Below, one piece after another: positions 1 to 11,489 of a DNA stretch of 64,000 nt. The stretch covers positions 186,001 through 250,000 of the IMG/VR virus record IMGVR_UViG_3300044640_001495; one strand, written 5' to 3'. The first letter of the stretch is position 1. Each line of letters opens with the position of its first letter. Under the pieces are notes generated by a model. The model saw only the letters and a program-made list of their open reading frames with translations, did no database searches and was not told the DNA's origin. A program made the position numbers and the translations under genes.

Positions 1-3000
1 TTGGCAGCCACTACAATTTTTTCTGTGGATGGACTTATAGATATGCTAGAACCAAAATATTCATTGGTAAAATATTCAAAACTTTGTAATTTTTGTTTCA
101 ATCTAAATTGACGCACAGAAGAATCGCTGTCAAATTTAAACACATAGGCAGCGCCTTGATTCTGCTTGGTAATATCTGCCAACGGGCTGCTGGCCACAAT
201 GGTAGTAGCAGCAGCGTCTATGTCTATGGCAAATCCAAATTGATCTCCAGATGCTATGATTCCACCATTGCTAGTGTCGTTGATATCTGACAGTGAATCT
301 GCAGTTATGGTCTGTAACAGGGAATATCGGTTACCGGCATCTCTTTCATATATAAAAATCTTGCCGGTGGAGGGTGACGCACTATCTCCTACATTTGACC
401 AAGGCAATCCCGCATCTGGATACTGTGCTAGACTAGTTATAGATGATGTAGTTGCGTCTATCAACCTGTGATATCCGCCCTGCCATTTGACTACATCGCC
501 TTCTGTGTATTCCTGGTACAGATTCCAATTACCCTTGTAATTAGAAAAATACTGTCCGTCTGAATTAGGTGCTCCTACAACTAGAACCGCACCATCTCGA
601 CTCATGGTCAAACTTATACCAAATTGATCTCCGTCCTTGACTAGTTCTGCCAACTGACTTGAACTCAACAGGCCTTCTGCAAGTGTTGATCCGTCATCAT
701 CCATAGCCACATTTGTTGGCAATGAACATTGTGTGGACACAGGATCTAATTTTCTCCAATTAGTTGGCACGGTAGGCAATATTATGCCGCCTTGATTGTC
801 AACTACAGATTCATACAAATCTCCCTGATACCATACTATCGATTCAGCTGGATAAAATACTAGAGACGATGATTGATATAATCCTAGATACTTGGTATTT
901 TCTAAATGCTGCCATTCTGTACCGTTGTAGAAATATAGATATACTCGACCTCGACCTGTATTAGCGCCTAGTGCTGGATCGCACAACGACCCCACTGCTG
1001 ACACTGCCATATAATAGGTATTGCCGGACACACCAATTGAAATAGCACTACCAAATTGTTCAAACGCTGCTTGGCGGGGACTTACAAAACTATGAGCAAT
1101 TTCCCACTGTCCTTGAGAATATCTATACAAAGAGATCATGCCCTGATCTGTAAAGCCATTTCCTCTGGCTGCTGGATTGGCATTCACTATAGTAGCTGGT
1201 TTCCAATCTTCACTGTTGAAATTTATAGAACTGCCATCTCCTGCACTGATATTATTCACGGCTTCCCAAAGTTTGCCCTGATACAATACAGTTTCGCCTA
1301 CAAGATAACTGACAAACTGATTTAACTCTCCTAGATAGCCACTTTTTACACCGCTGGCATTTGGTGAGCCAACTGCTAACCATCTATGATCAGGACTTAC
1401 TGCCAATACCTTACCAAATGATCCTAGTACTGCTGTATCAAAACCGTCAGGTGGGGGTACTATCTGTTTCAATATCAATTGTGATCCAGCAGTCTGTGCT
1501 GTATAAATCATCACGTATCCAGAGTCCGGTATGCTGGTGGCAATTTGTTTGAGGCTGTCTAGATACAACACCGCGGTACCTGTGCCGAGAGGGGCGGTAA
1601 TTCCGTATTCAGCAAATTCAAAAGTTGAATATTGTTTGGTTTTTTCTATGACTTCCCACTTGTTGTCGCCATTGTTGTCCACCCATAGTTTTGATCCAAG
1701 ACCAAGCAGTGCAGTTTTTTGGTCATCTAATTGTGCGTATGTTGCGAATCTCACTGTGGTGAAAATTCCTACCACTGCCGAGGTGCTGTCTTCTATTTCT
1801 GGATCATCTGTAGACGACGGTGCTATAATAATGGTGTTGCGTGTTACCGCAGTAATCTTAAAGAATCCATTGAGATTTAGCACATAGGTGATGCCTACAA
1901 TATCGTTAACTGAAAAATTATGCAGTCTTTCAAAAGTTAGTTCTATTTCAGTTTCGGATAATTTTTCAACTCTGCTGATTCTCAACGCTAATTCTTCATT
2001 GTAACGTAGCACAGTCCATGACGATTTATCAAACGTGATCCAAAAATGAGTGTTGTTGAACACTGTTCTAATATCTAAATCAAGAATGTCATCCTTGTTT
2101 TTAAGAATAAAATCCACATGTTTTTTGTTAACATACCCTGCAGACCTAGAGACCCCATCATAGTCAATTAACGGGTTAAGATTGGTAGTAAAGGGAGTGT
2201 CAGCTATAGAAAAATTAGATGATTTTATTCTTAGATATTGATCTAAAACAACACCCGCATCTTCACTATAGGTTATTAATATAGGTTGTGGATTAATAGC
2301 AAAGGCATCTTTTTTGATTTCAAATTCGAATTCTTTGGTTTGATCTGTGCCGCCATATTGGGCTATTTTAAATGCCCACTCTTCTTTCAATACCACACTG
2401 TCATCATCTGTTCGACTGATTTTATCAAACACTTTGACAATAGCGTTGGCTGTGCCTTTTTCTCTAATGAATCCTTGATAAATTCTAAACTGTGTAATTT
2501 CGTCTTCGGCTAAATTTTCAAGATATTCTCTAGGTTGATATCCCACGGCATGTCTTGCAAGGTTTCGCTGGCTAGACCCAACACCGTCAGTGTTTACTTC
2601 ATAATAGTCTTCAAATTGATTTATTCTATAATCAAAATTTGGAACCAATGATTTAGTTGGGGTAGAGTCAAGTTTAGTCCACCCGGCATCTTGAAATTCT
2701 GCTGTGCCTAGTTGACTATACTTGCTAGTCCAATTGTACGATTTGTAAGCGACAATATCACCTAATTTGTAGTCTACAAAAGGTTGCCAGGCCTGTATGT
2801 TAACATTGTCAAACAAAAATCCAGGGCTGGTATAATCGCCATCCCAATCAACTGTACGGAATCCTCGACTCTTAATACGTTCTTGACGATAGCCTGTTGG
2901 CTTATCATAGATAACATCATTGAAAACTGTACGATCATCAAACACAACTACGTGTTCTTTGAGCACAAAATGCAATTTTAAAAAATATACGCCTTCATTG

Positions 3001-6000
3001 GTATCTGTGGTTGATATAGTAATAGTTTGAAAATCTCTATTGACATTGATATTTCGTGGTGACAACGTGGCTCCGTCATTCTTTAAAACCTGATAATCAT
3101 AAAAACCATCTAGTATATTGTCTGCTACTCCCACGGCGAAATTAATTTTCAACAATGATGCTGCCGGACTTAGTGTCAGCAAAGATCCTTCGGCCCAATT
3201 ATGCTGACTCCAAAACATGAATTCTTTAGCAGATGTAAACCAATCTCTGGCTGCTTGATACTGCGGATCATAAAAATCAAAAACAAACCCCACGCTTTTG
3301 AGATATTCTTGATAGCCTAGAAGAAAATCTATCACCTGTTGAATATCAGTCACCACTGCGCCGTAGAATAATTTTCTTATTTTTAGTTTGTTGAAATTTC
3401 TTCTTCTAAAAGCAGTAATTCCGCCAGTGATCGGAGCTCCTGCTAATTTTCGCCATGTTGCGGTGCCGTTGGGAGTTTCTTCAAACTCAATACCGCTAGT
3501 ATGGCTGCGTATGCTGCGATAAAATTGATTTTGATATCGTATGACTATTCCATTGCCATAGAATTTTTCACTTTCCCAATCAAAGAAATTCTCACTGACT
3601 CCACCTACTTGGATAACAGGATCGCGCTGAGATTGCACGGCGGCATAATAATTAAAAAAAGCATTGGAATTATCATAACCGCTGATTTTGTATCCTTGGT
3701 TCGTTTTTTCTATAATTACTCCGCTATACACAAGGTTTGTGATCGGTGCGCTAACATTAAAAATTATGTCATAATTCTCTGGCGGGATAAAAATACTGCT
3801 AGAAGTTGATTTTGGATTCTTACTGTCTAGTACATATTTTTGTTGTGCCTGGTCGACAAAACCTGCCAATCGATTAGATAATTTAACATTAATATTTGAC
3901 AATTTGTCTTCTAGATTGGCAGAGTCGGTAGCTGTGCTTTTTAAATAATTTACAATATAAATTACCAATCCTGACACCGGCTGATCTACAGTAGATTCAT
4001 AAATTAAATCATCTATAGTCAAAAACATCTGCGTATTTGTATTAACTGTTTGTCCAAGAATATTTGTGGTTACTGCGCTTCGGTTAAAACCGTCTGCAAT
4101 AAATTCCATGGGTTTTAACAATGATAATACTGACATGATAGCAAATGGCCATTCACTGCTGGATCTCCATGCAAATTCTACAGGGGCTAGATCTCCAAGT
4201 TGAAAAGCTCCTTGATTATTCACCAATGAAAAATTTCCAGCAAGCCCAGAATCTAAAGGACTCAACAATTGACCATCTCCGTCTACAGGAATGTGCTGCA
4301 TGATTGAAGGGCGCTTGTACCTGTCTCGTATACCAGCACGATCACCTTGACGAATTATGCCATCTCTTAGATCTTCCCACAGAATTAAATTATTTGAAGT
4401 ATAAGGTGCTGGACCGTATTCACTTTCCCACCATGTGGGTTTTTCTGAAAATCCCAGCATTTCCCACGGGCATTGGTGTGGCCTTGTTGTGTCATAGAAC
4501 CATTGATAGACTCCTCTCCAATAGCCTGGTAGATTCACTGCGCCCGTAGGGTCAGTCATGTTGCTGTAGGTATAAGTGAAAGAATTTTGAGAATCATAAT
4601 AACTGTTTTTTACGTAGTCAATGCTGGTGCCTTGAATCCATTTTAAAAATTCAGCATTTACAATATTGTCAACTTGAAGTTTGTTATACTGTGAGTTTCC
4701 GTAATACCCGCCAAGTATAAGATCAATGTCAAATACATTTTCTTTATATTCTTGTTTGATATTGTTGTAGATTCTGTATTCAAGTTCAAGTAGAACATCA
4801 TCTCTAAAATCACCATAGGCCACAGTGATGCTACCGTCGTGTCCTTGTATGACTTCTTGTGGCTCAGCATAGGTATCGTCTAAGAATCTTCTAGGTAGAT
4901 ATTTTTTATATAATCCCATCTTGGTAGGAGTTGGTGGAATAAAATTCACAGCCGTAGACACATACTCTCTAATTTGAATTTTATCGTTTTCAGAAAGCTG
5001 TATTTTTAAATTTACAAAACCAAAAGTTGAATTAAACTCATAGTCTTTGTTATGTAAAAGTTGTTGATTGTTGTAATACACGTAGACTGCTCGAGAACTA
5101 AGTGTAGCAAGATCAAATTTTTCAGACAGTGCGAATGTTTTAATCCCCGTGTCTTCTACTGTGTAATCTATTGTAGAATATGCTCCACTACCAATCATGT
5201 CTGATCCAGCAAAGGGTCTGGTTGAATTTTGTGATCTACTGATTTCTTCTAGTATAGAATCCACAAAATCTTTTGGGGTTTGATCATAGTACAGTTCATT
5301 AGCTAGCGTGATGAAACTGTTTTTAAAATCTGTATAGGTTTTCTTGGCATACTGTATAGACTTGATGATATTGATTTCTTTATCGCATAACAATGCTATC
5401 GACAGCGGGGCAGGGCTAGAATGTTTTAGAAATCGTCTAGTGAGATTTTGAAATCCACTGATATCACGTAGATTATTACTGCCAGGATATCGTCCAACAA
5501 AATTATCTAGCATTTCTAATCCGCTAGAAATATGATCAGATGCTTGTCCCAGTGTGAATGTTTTTATTCTTTCATTTAGGGGATTTTTTTCCAGACCCAT
5601 TGGTATTTCATAATATCCTAGATCAGGCACAGTATCTGCAAATATTTTAATTGTGATAACATCACCAACAGCAAAATTATTTGTGAAAGTAAATGTGTCG
5701 ATGTTTCTTGTATAGGTGTCACGTAGTTGTACACCGTTGAGATAAAATAAAATCTTTGCTATTTTGTCATCTGTAAGTGTGGTCCAATCGACCACTGCCG
5801 TGACAATTTCATTGGTAATAGAATTTACAGTAATTGTGTCTATTATAGGTTGTACAACATTAGGATCTAATTTTAACCAACCATTGTCATACTGTTCATC
5901 TATATTAAATTTGTAAAATCCTGTGGCTAGATTTTGATAATAAAGTTTTTTATCAAGTGTGTAGTTAAAAACATCACTGTCTAGATTCCAGGTAAACTGT

Positions 6001-7976
6001 ATATCTCCAACATTATCTATATTAAGATAACTGATAGCAAAGCCTAGCTCTTTGTCAAGACCGCCTATGCCTTGTTTGTAGCTGATAATCGGACTGCCAA
6101 CAAACGAGCTCACTGGGTAAGAGTCAGCATCACTAAAACTTACAGCATTAGCATCGAACATGTCAAATAATGGGGTTTGATTGACCCCTGTTTTTGACTG
6201 ACTCTTGATCCAGCCAACGCCGTTGAAGTGATACATGAATCCACGATTTACAAGTCCCCGTCTGATTAACACACATTCTCCCACTGCGGGATCTAGTTCT
6301 GAACTTCTTATTAAACTGATTTGTCTTGAATTGACATGTCTAATAAATTTCACTGTGTATATTTGATTATTTGCCAACTTGTCAGTGTCGTTGGTTATCA
6401 AAATTCTGGCACCATCAAAAAGACTTTCGCCATCGATAATATATCCGCTACTGCCTTCTATAACTGAAAACACATCTGTGGTGAAATCGTCTATGTAATC
6501 TACTGCGGGCATTGCCAGTGATCCGTGATTGTACAATTTTAAATTTGATTTAAATTCTATTATAGGACGTTTTGCTCTAGTAGTTTCATCTGCTTCAAAG
6601 CTGGATTGATTTAAGTTGTGAGCATAATCCAACACTGCTCTATGATACCATCTATTGTATCTTGACCATGGATTGGAATCTACACTGGCTCTGTTAATTG
6701 TAATGTAATCTTTGTCGCCTGGGAATGCCGCAGCGTCGTCAAAAGGTTGGGTATCAAATCCACCATTATCGAATAAAATTTCAGGCGAAGAATTTGCAAA
6801 TGTAGCAGATACTACAAGATCAGCAACATTGATTAAGGAAATCTTTTCTCCTACCCCTTCTACTATCCATTTGTTGTTCATGGATTGATTACCGTATTTC
6901 GCCGGAGATACTGTGCCAGTGAAATAAATTATCATACCATTGCTGAAAGTTATACCATTGCTGCTTGTGTATGTGGTCTTGCCGAGAATCTCTTTTTCAA
7001 TGTCAATTTTAGTGTTGCTTTCAATATTGGCAATGATAAATCGACCAAATCTATTTGGGTCAGTGAAACTTTGATAGAACAAAACGTCAGGAGCATCTAG
7101 AGGCACGGTGAAAGTTATTGTGCCATTTTCAGTTCCGTTATTGGTCAGTCCTTTATTATAGTCAAACGAGGTAGTCTCGTTGGCTACATCGACAAACTCC
7201 CAATCGTCGCTGTTTTCATCTATGGTACTGCCGTCTACAGGATTGATATTTTTTTTGGCCTTCCATATTTTACCGTCAAACACCGTGAGCTGCCCTTGAA
7301 CATAGGGAAACACAGGATTGTACTGCAACGTACCTGTGTCAACGTTGGTTCTAATGATAAATGGATTACCTGGGGTTGCAACTTGGAATTTATAGGTCTG
7401 TCCTCGGTACAATGTGATTGCAGGATTATTGGTCAATCCATCTGGGGTGAATATAAAAACACTGCCCACCCCAGGTCTCACGCGATAGGTGCTGGTAATA
7501 TTCTGTGCTTGGCCGAGAATTTTAATTGGAGGCGGTCCTGCAGGCACCCAATAGTATTCACGATAATTGACCAACTTGTCCCATTCTATAGGGGGATTCC
7601 AAGTATAGTGATCCTGTGATACTATTAGATCATCTCGTTCTTCGTTGTTGTTGAAAAATTTTATTTGATTTTTGAAATCTAAATAGTCCCAAAAGGCAGT
7701 GGCTTTTTGATCTTTTTCAACCACAACTGCTGGTTCCAACTGGTATCTGCTTCTTAGTGTTTCGTCACTGTCGAGATATACGTCCTTGGTGTTGAATGTT
7801 TTGCCGTATCTTCTGCCTATATATCCAACTTTCTTTTCAAGCACACCGGGCTGAGTCAGAGGATCCAGAGTTGCTGCTAGAAATTTTTGATTAGCTTCAG
7901 TTTGAAAAATCTGTGGGAGCAGTTCAGAAGTTTTTCTAATAGGTAGACCACTTTCGGGAAATATTTTATCTGCCAT
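1..7976 (-). CDS. Giant baseplate/virion structural protein (>2,650 aa, truncated at the window edge), gp7-like position; carbohydrate-binding-like repeats and C-terminal FG-GAP-like propeller repeats
   Basis: ATG at 7976 (MADKIFPESGLPIRKTSELLPQIFQTEANQKFL...). The same frame is open where I translated it by hand near 7000-7976, near 4100-4900 and at 3-110 (...EYFGSSISISPSTEKIVVAA). Its absence from the ORF track is consistent with no stop codon inside the window. It lies directly downstream of gp6. Confidence 0.85.
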   Translation of the reverse strand, partial: MADKIFPESGLPIRKTSELLPQIFQTEANQKFLAATLDPLTQPGVLEKKVGYIGRRYGKTFNTKDVYLDSDETLRSRYQLEPAVVVEKDQKATAFWDYLDFKNQIKFFNNNEERDDLIVSQDHYTWNPPIEWDKLVNYREYYWVPAGPPPIKILGQAQNITSTYRVRPGVGSVFIFTPDGLTNNPAITLYRGQTYKFQVATPGNPFIIRTNVDTGTLQYNPVFPYVQGQLTVFDGKIWKAKKNINPVDGSTIDENSDDWEFVDVANETTSFDYNKGLTNNGTENGTITFTVPLDAPDVLFYQSFTDPNRFGRFIIANIESNTKIDIEKEILGKTTYTSSNGITFSNGMIIYFTGTVSPAKYGNQSMNNKWIVEGVGEKISLINVADLVVSATFANSSPEILFDNGGFDTQPFDDAAAFPGDKDYITINRASVDSNPWSRYNRWYHRAVLDYAHNLNQSSFEADETTRAKRPIIEFKSNLKLYNHGSLAMPAVDYIDDFTTDVFSVIEGSSGYIIDGESLFDGARILITNDTDKLANNQIYTVKFIRHVNSRQISLIRSSELDPAVGECVLIRRGLVNRGFMYHFNGVGWIKSQSKTGVNQTPLFDMFDANAVSFSDADSYPVSSFVGSPIISYKQGIGGLDKELGFAISYLNIDNVGDIQFTWNLDSDVFNYTLDKKLYYQNLATGFYKFNIDEQYDNGWLKLDPNVVQPIIDTITVNSITNEIVTAVVDWTTLTDDKIAKILFYLNGVQLRDTYTRNIDTFTFTNNFAVGDVITIKIFADTVPDLGYYEIPMGLEKNPLNERIKTFTLGQASDHISSGLEMLDNFVGRYPGSNNLRDISGFQNLTRRFLKHSSPAPLSIALLCDKEINIIKSIQYAKKTYTDFKNSFITLANELYYDQTPKDFVDSILEEISRSQNSTRPFAGSDMIGSGAYSTIDYTVEDTGIKTFALSEKFDLATLSSRAVYVYYNNQQLLHNKDYEFNSTFGFVNLKIQLSENDKIQIREYVSTAVNFIPPTPTKMGLYKKYLPRRFLDDTYAEPQEVIQGHDGSITVAYGDFRDDVLLELEYRIYNNIKQEYKENVFDIDLILGGYYGNSQYNKLQVDNIVNAEFLKWIQGTSIDYVKNSYYDSQNSFTYTYSNMTDPTGAVNLPGYWRGVYQWFYDTTRPHQCPWEMLGFSEKPTWWESEYGPAPYTSNNLILWEDLRDGIIRQGDRAGIRDRYKRPSIMQHIPVDGDGQLLSPLDSGLAGNFSLVNNQGAFQLGDLAPVEFAWRSSSEWPFAIMSVLSLLKPMEFIADGFNRSAVTTNILGQTVNTNTQMFLTIDDLIYESTVDQPVSGLVIYIVNYLKSTATDSANLEDKLSNINVKLSNRLAGFVDQAQQKYVLDSKNPKSTSSSIFIPPENYDIIFNVSAPITNLVYSGVIIEKTNQGYKISGYDNSNAFFNYYAAVQSQRDPVIQVGGVSENFFDWESEKFYGNGIVIRYQNQFYRSIRSHTSGIEFEETPNGTATWRKLAGAPITGGITAFRRRNFNKLKIRKLFYGAVVTDIQQVIDFLLGYQEYLKSVGFVFDFYDPQYQAARDWFTSAKEFMFWSQHNWAEGSLLTLSPAASLLKINFAVGVADNILDGFYDYQVLKNDGATLSPRNINVNRDFQTITISTTDTNEGVYFLKLHFVLKEHVVVFDDRTVFNDVIYDKPTGYRQERIKSRGFRTVDWDGDYTSPGFLFDNVNIQAWQPFVDYKLGDIVAYKSYNWTSKYSQLGTAEFQDAGWTKLDSTPTKSLVPNFDYRINQFEDYYEVNTDGVGSSQRNLARHAVGYQPREYLENLAEDEITQFRIYQGFIREKGTANAIVKVFDKISRTDDDSVVLKEEWAFKIAQYGGTDQTKEFEFEIKKDAFAINPQPILITYSEDAGVVLDQYLRIKSSNFSIADTPFTTNLNPLIDYDGVSRSAGYVNKKHVDFILKNKDDILDLDIRTVFNNTHFWITFDKSSWTVLRYNEELALRISRVEKLSETEIELTFERLHNFSVNDIVGITYVLNLNGFFKITAVTRNTIIIAPSSTDDPEIEDSTSAVVGIFTTVRFATYAQLDDQKTALLGLGSKLWVDNNGDNKWEVIEKTKQYSTFEFAEYGITAPLGTGTAVLYLDSLKQIATSIPDSGYVMIYTAQTAGSQLILKQIVPPPDGFDTAVLGSFGKVLAVSPDHRWLAVGSPNASGVKSGYLGELNQFVSYLVGETVLYQGKLWEAVNNISAGDGSSINFNSEDWKPATIVNANPAARGNGFTDQGMISLYRYSQGQWEIAHSFVSPRQAAFEQFGSAISIGVSGNTYYMAVSAVGSLCDPALGANTGRGRVYLYFYNGTEWQHLENTKYLGLYQSSSLVFYPAESIVWYQGDLYESVVDNQGGIILPTVPTNWRKLDPVSTQCSLPTNVAMDDDGSTLAEGLLSSSQLAELVKDGDQFGISLTMSRDGAVLVVGAPNSDGQYFSNYKGNWNLYQEYTEGDVVKWQGGYHRLIDATTSSITSLAQYPDAGLPWSNVGDSASPSTGKIFIYERDAGNRYSLLQTITADSLSDINDTSNGGIIASGDQFGFAIDIDAAATTIVASSPLADITKQNQGAAYVFKFDSDSSVRQFRLKQKLQSFEYFTNEYFGSSISISPSTEKIVVAA

Positions 7977-8004
7977 TTTTTATGCTCTTGTTTTAATAAC
8001 TATA

Positions 8005-11000
8005 TCAGCTGCCAGATGAAGTACTGGTTGACACGCTGGTAGTAAAAGTTGTAGAATTATTAATGACACTATCTACAGGGATTCTGAGTTCCGACGCAGA
8101 AATTGCAGTTACAATTTCTATGTCATCTACTGTAGCGCCACTGACAAAAATTTCATCAACTCTGCTTTGTATTTCAAATAGACTACCAAATGACTGTGTA
8201 ATCTGTCTTGGCAGAATTACCATGTTGCTAATATCAGGTGCCGCGGTATTAATCACATATGTGATCAATTCACTGACGTAAAATCTATCACCAAAATCCC
8301 AATTATTAATATCAAAGAATTCATTTATGGCATTGATGATTTTAACTTTTAAATCGTTGTCATTGATCAATTTGTTTACGTTTTTTACTATTTTAAATTT
8401 TGCTTGAAATTGCACGTCGGCAGTTGATCCAAATAATACCTTGTAGACCACAGGATGATATATTATTTCATCCGATATAGATTTAATCAAATCTAAATTT
8501 GATCCGAATGCAATTCGTAGACTATCGCTGTTTGGTTCTTCTGGTTTTTTAGTTGCGCCTGCAAGAAAATTTCTAAATGCAGTGTTATAACTTCGTGTTA
8601 AAAGATACACATCAACAATGTTACTGGAACTGGGATCAATTCTACGATCAACATTGGCATTGTGAATGTACTGGAATTTAAGTCCTGCTCTGCCGTAATT
8701 TGCAGTATATGAACTTTCTAATACCAAAGTATTTGTGGTTCGATCAACTCGTTTGACCACATTTTCATTGCTGTCGTAGAAGTAGATTAGTTGGCCGTCG
8801 GTATAGTCATTGACATTAACTAGACTTTCTTTCTGCACAACGACAATGATGTTATCAGTATTATCCACATATTGTTTGATTTTATTGCCTGCTACATCTA
8901 CAGATTCTTGGAAGAATAAAAATTTCAAATCAAAGTCTAGTCCTGCTACCTGCTCAAATGCTTCAGGATTGTCAATGACTCCGTCACTGTCAGAATCATA
9001 AAATTCAATTTTTATTTCTTCTGTGCTTTGATATCCGTCGTCAAAGGTAATAGCATCGCTGATAGCAAAACTAATATCTTGCTTCAAGGGATTCAAAAGA
9101 TTACTGTCCGGGTTAATTCCTAAAATCTTAATTTGATCTTTGACCACATCACCAGTTTTACCGTTATAGGTTTTTTGTGAGCTATCATAATAAAATCTAT
9201 TTTCTTCTATGCTACCAAACACATACTCTAAACCACGTATTCTAACAAAATATTCATCTGCCTGTTTAACAAATGCAATGATCCATGACGAATCTAAATT
9301 TTGACTAGTTGTGTCGCCACTTTTACCAAGGCTAAAATCATTTAACAAGTCAAGATTAGCAGTAGCTACTAATTTCCAAGATGCATCGATTACTGAAAAA
9401 CGCAGACCAAAATTAAGATTAGCCAGCATGAGATTGATCATCTCGTTTTCTATTCCGTTAGGAAGATTGTTAACAAACTTAGCCACTATCCTAGTAGCAA
9501 TAGCTTCTGATGGGATAATGTCACTGAACTGCACTGCTCCTAGTCCAGACGCTAGAATTCCCACACCTGCATTGGTACCGTCGCCTGTGATTTTTATAAC
9601 TTTGGTCCATAGTCGATCTTTCTGTTCAGGATCATTGGCATCAGTAGTAACCAATTTGCCACGTCTAAAAGACTGGCCGGCTGGTGCTGTGAATTTAACC
9701 AATGTGCCCGGAGTGATGTATTGCAATGTGCTGGTAGTATATGACCCAACTTTTAAAATTGTACCATCAATAAAATTGTAAAAATATCCGGTAGAATTAT
9801 TCACATCTGTGGTTATCTGTTTCCAGCGATAGTTTGTGTCACTAAACAAGATCTTGTCAAATTTAGTGAGATAAAAATTGTAGGTATCTGCAGAAGCAAA
9901 GATGGGTTCAATGCTGTTGCGTATAAAATTTATAATATCAATTCTATTTGTAAATTTAAATGCCAATGATTTTTCAATGTTCTGTTTATAAATAAGTCCA
10001 TCGGCGGCAAATACATTTATACTAGAATACTTCCCGCTGGCATCAATCAAATCATAGTTTCTACTGATTCCGCTTGATATTCTATTAATTGCTTTTACTT
10101 TGAGAATGTTCTGTGAAGTAGATAATGGGGCAAGATTGTAGTCTTCTCCGGTAATCATTCTATTCTGGGTATAGTATTGAGCAGGAGCATTTGTTCTGAT
10201 TGAAGCCACAGACTCACTTGGAGAAGATGAACTTACAGTAGACTTGAGACCCATGGTCAATGTAAGAGTGTGCCTGACACCAGTCTTGCTGGTATAGGGA
10301 ATGGATATTGTGATTCCCCTCATTTCATTTGGTGATATTTGATAGCTTAAACCATTGCTGGTTCTATAATAGACTCGGAACGATCCTTGAGGTAAATTAC
10401 CATATACTCCGTCTGCGAATGCTAGATCAATTCTATCATTTTCTTTTGTGAGCACTGAATAGATATTTCTAATATTGCTATTGATACTGTTATATGAAAT
10501 GTTGTTGCCTATTAAACTCGATACCTTGGTCCATTCATTTAACTGTACTCCTGCCGAATTAAGTGCAAATAACCAAACATCATCATTGTTGATATTATTT
10601 GTATCTACAGCGATTAATTCATTAGTAGCAGGGACATCGATAGAAAAATCTGCTAGTTCAAGACTGCCTTGTTTGAACATGAGATAAAATCCAGTGTTAG
10701 CACTGGTCCCTCCTTTGCCGTCATTCCTATATATAAAACCTAATTGATTGCCGGGAAATGGAGTTTCTTCATAAATTTCTTCTTTGCCTTTGAAACTAGT
10801 GCTGACTAATTCAAATGCCATTTGGCGGCCAGAAACCACTTTGCTGTAGGCAAAAATTGGCACATCATTTGATGAGGTTCTAAATCGATATTGCTCTGTA
10901 GCAATGCCATCGATTGTTGCGGAACCTTGGCTGCGGCCAAATGCAGTGTTGTCTGTCATTGCAGCGTTTAGCACCGTGACGAATTGTTCTACCCAGTTTT

Positions 11001-11448
11001 GATTGGTTGGATCATTCCACACAATTGTCTGTTGAGCCAGATTTTTACCGTTGTTATCTAAAACACTTTCTGTGGTGCTGACAGTGTCAAATTTTAACAA
11101 ACCCTTGGCTGATATGTTACGTTTAGCATTATAACTCAACATTTTAGCAAGACGAAGTACACTTTCTTTTCGTTCCGCTAGTTCAATAAAATTTTCACGG
11201 CTGGCTAGATCTATTCTAAAAGCAAGACTCTGTCCAAGAAATGCAATAGCATCAATCAGAGCAAGATATTCACTGCTTTCAATATAATCGTTAAAATCTT
11301 CTGGATAGTTTTCTCTGAAATAGGCAATAATAACTCTGCGAAGATTTTCAAAATCATAGCTTTTAAAATCAGCACTCTGAAAAGTCTGATAGATCCTAGT
11401 CCAATCTTCGTTGAGTATTAAATTATTTTGTCTAGACGTTGTGGTCAT
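8005..11448 (-). CDS. gp6: Baseplate wedge subunit, T4 gp6-like (extended, 1147 aa)
   Basis: N-terminal DFENLRRVII..YPEDFNDYIESSE..LIDAIAFLG..LA..ENFIELAERKESVLRLAKMLSY; internal FADGVYGNLP and ESVASIRTNAP..YYTQNRMITGEDY motifs; follows gp25. Confidence 0.85.
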   Translation of the reverse strand: MTTTSRQNNLILNEDWTRIYQTFQSADFKSYDFENLRRVIIAYFRENYPEDFNDYIESSEYLALIDAIAFLGQSLAFRIDLASRENFIELAERKESVLRLAKMLSYNAKRNISAKGLLKFDTVSTTESVLDNNGKNLAQQTIVWNDPTNQNWVEQFVTVLNAAMTDNTAFGRSQGSATIDGIATEQYRFRTSSNDVPIFAYSKVVSGRQMAFELVSTSFKGKEEIYEETPFPGNQLGFIYRNDGKGGTSANTGFYLMFKQGSLELADFSIDVPATNELIAVDTNNINNDDVWLFALNSAGVQLNEWTKVSSLIGNNISYNSINSNIRNIYSVLTKENDRIDLAFADGVYGNLPQGSFRVYYRTSNGLSYQISPNEMRGITISIPYTSKTGVRHTLTLTMGLKSTVSSSSPSESVASIRTNAPAQYYTQNRMITGEDYNLAPLSTSQNILKVKAINRISSGISRNYDLIDASGKYSSINVFAADGLIYKQNIEKSLAFKFTNRIDIINFIRNSIEPIFASADTYNFYLTKFDKILFSDTNYRWKQITTDVNNSTGYFYNFIDGTILKVGSYTTSTLQYITPGTLVKFTAPAGQSFRRGKLVTTDANDPEQKDRLWTKVIKITGDGTNAGVGILASGLGAVQFSDIIPSEAIATRIVAKFVNNLPNGIENEMINLMLANLNFGLRFSVIDASWKLVATANLDLLNDFSLGKSGDTTSQNLDSSWIIAFVKQADEYFVRIRGLEYVFGSIEENRFYYDSSQKTYNGKTGDVVKDQIKILGINPDSNLLNPLKQDISFAISDAITFDDGYQSTEEIKIEFYDSDSDGVIDNPEAFEQVAGLDFDLKFLFFQESVDVAGNKIKQYVDNTDNIIVVVQKESLVNVNDYTDGQLIYFYDSNENVVKRVDRTTNTLVLESSYTANYGRAGLKFQYIHNANVDRRIDPSSSNIVDVYLLTRSYNTAFRNFLAGATKKPEEPNSDSLRIAFGSNLDLIKSISDEIIYHPVVYKVLFGSTADVQFQAKFKIVKNVNKLINDNDLKVKIINAINEFFDINNWDFGDRFYVSELITYVINTAAPDISNMVILPRQITQSFGSLFEIQSRVDEIFVSGATVDDIEIVTAISASELRIPVDSVINNSTTFTTSVSTSTSSGS

Positions 11449-11465
11449 TTTACTATCCTATCATG

Positions 11466-11471
11466 TATTTA
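11466..11471 (-). promoter_or_regulatory. Late promoter core TAAATA for gp6
   Basis: TATTTA on the + strand in the gp25-gp6 gap; the same motif precedes many structural genes. Confidence 0.6.
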
Positions 11472-11489
11472 ACTATAAAAATAAACTGC

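Noticed and set aside
93-7619. Many short ORFs listed in the track
   Set aside because: They are shadows or alternative frames of the single giant minus-strand ORF
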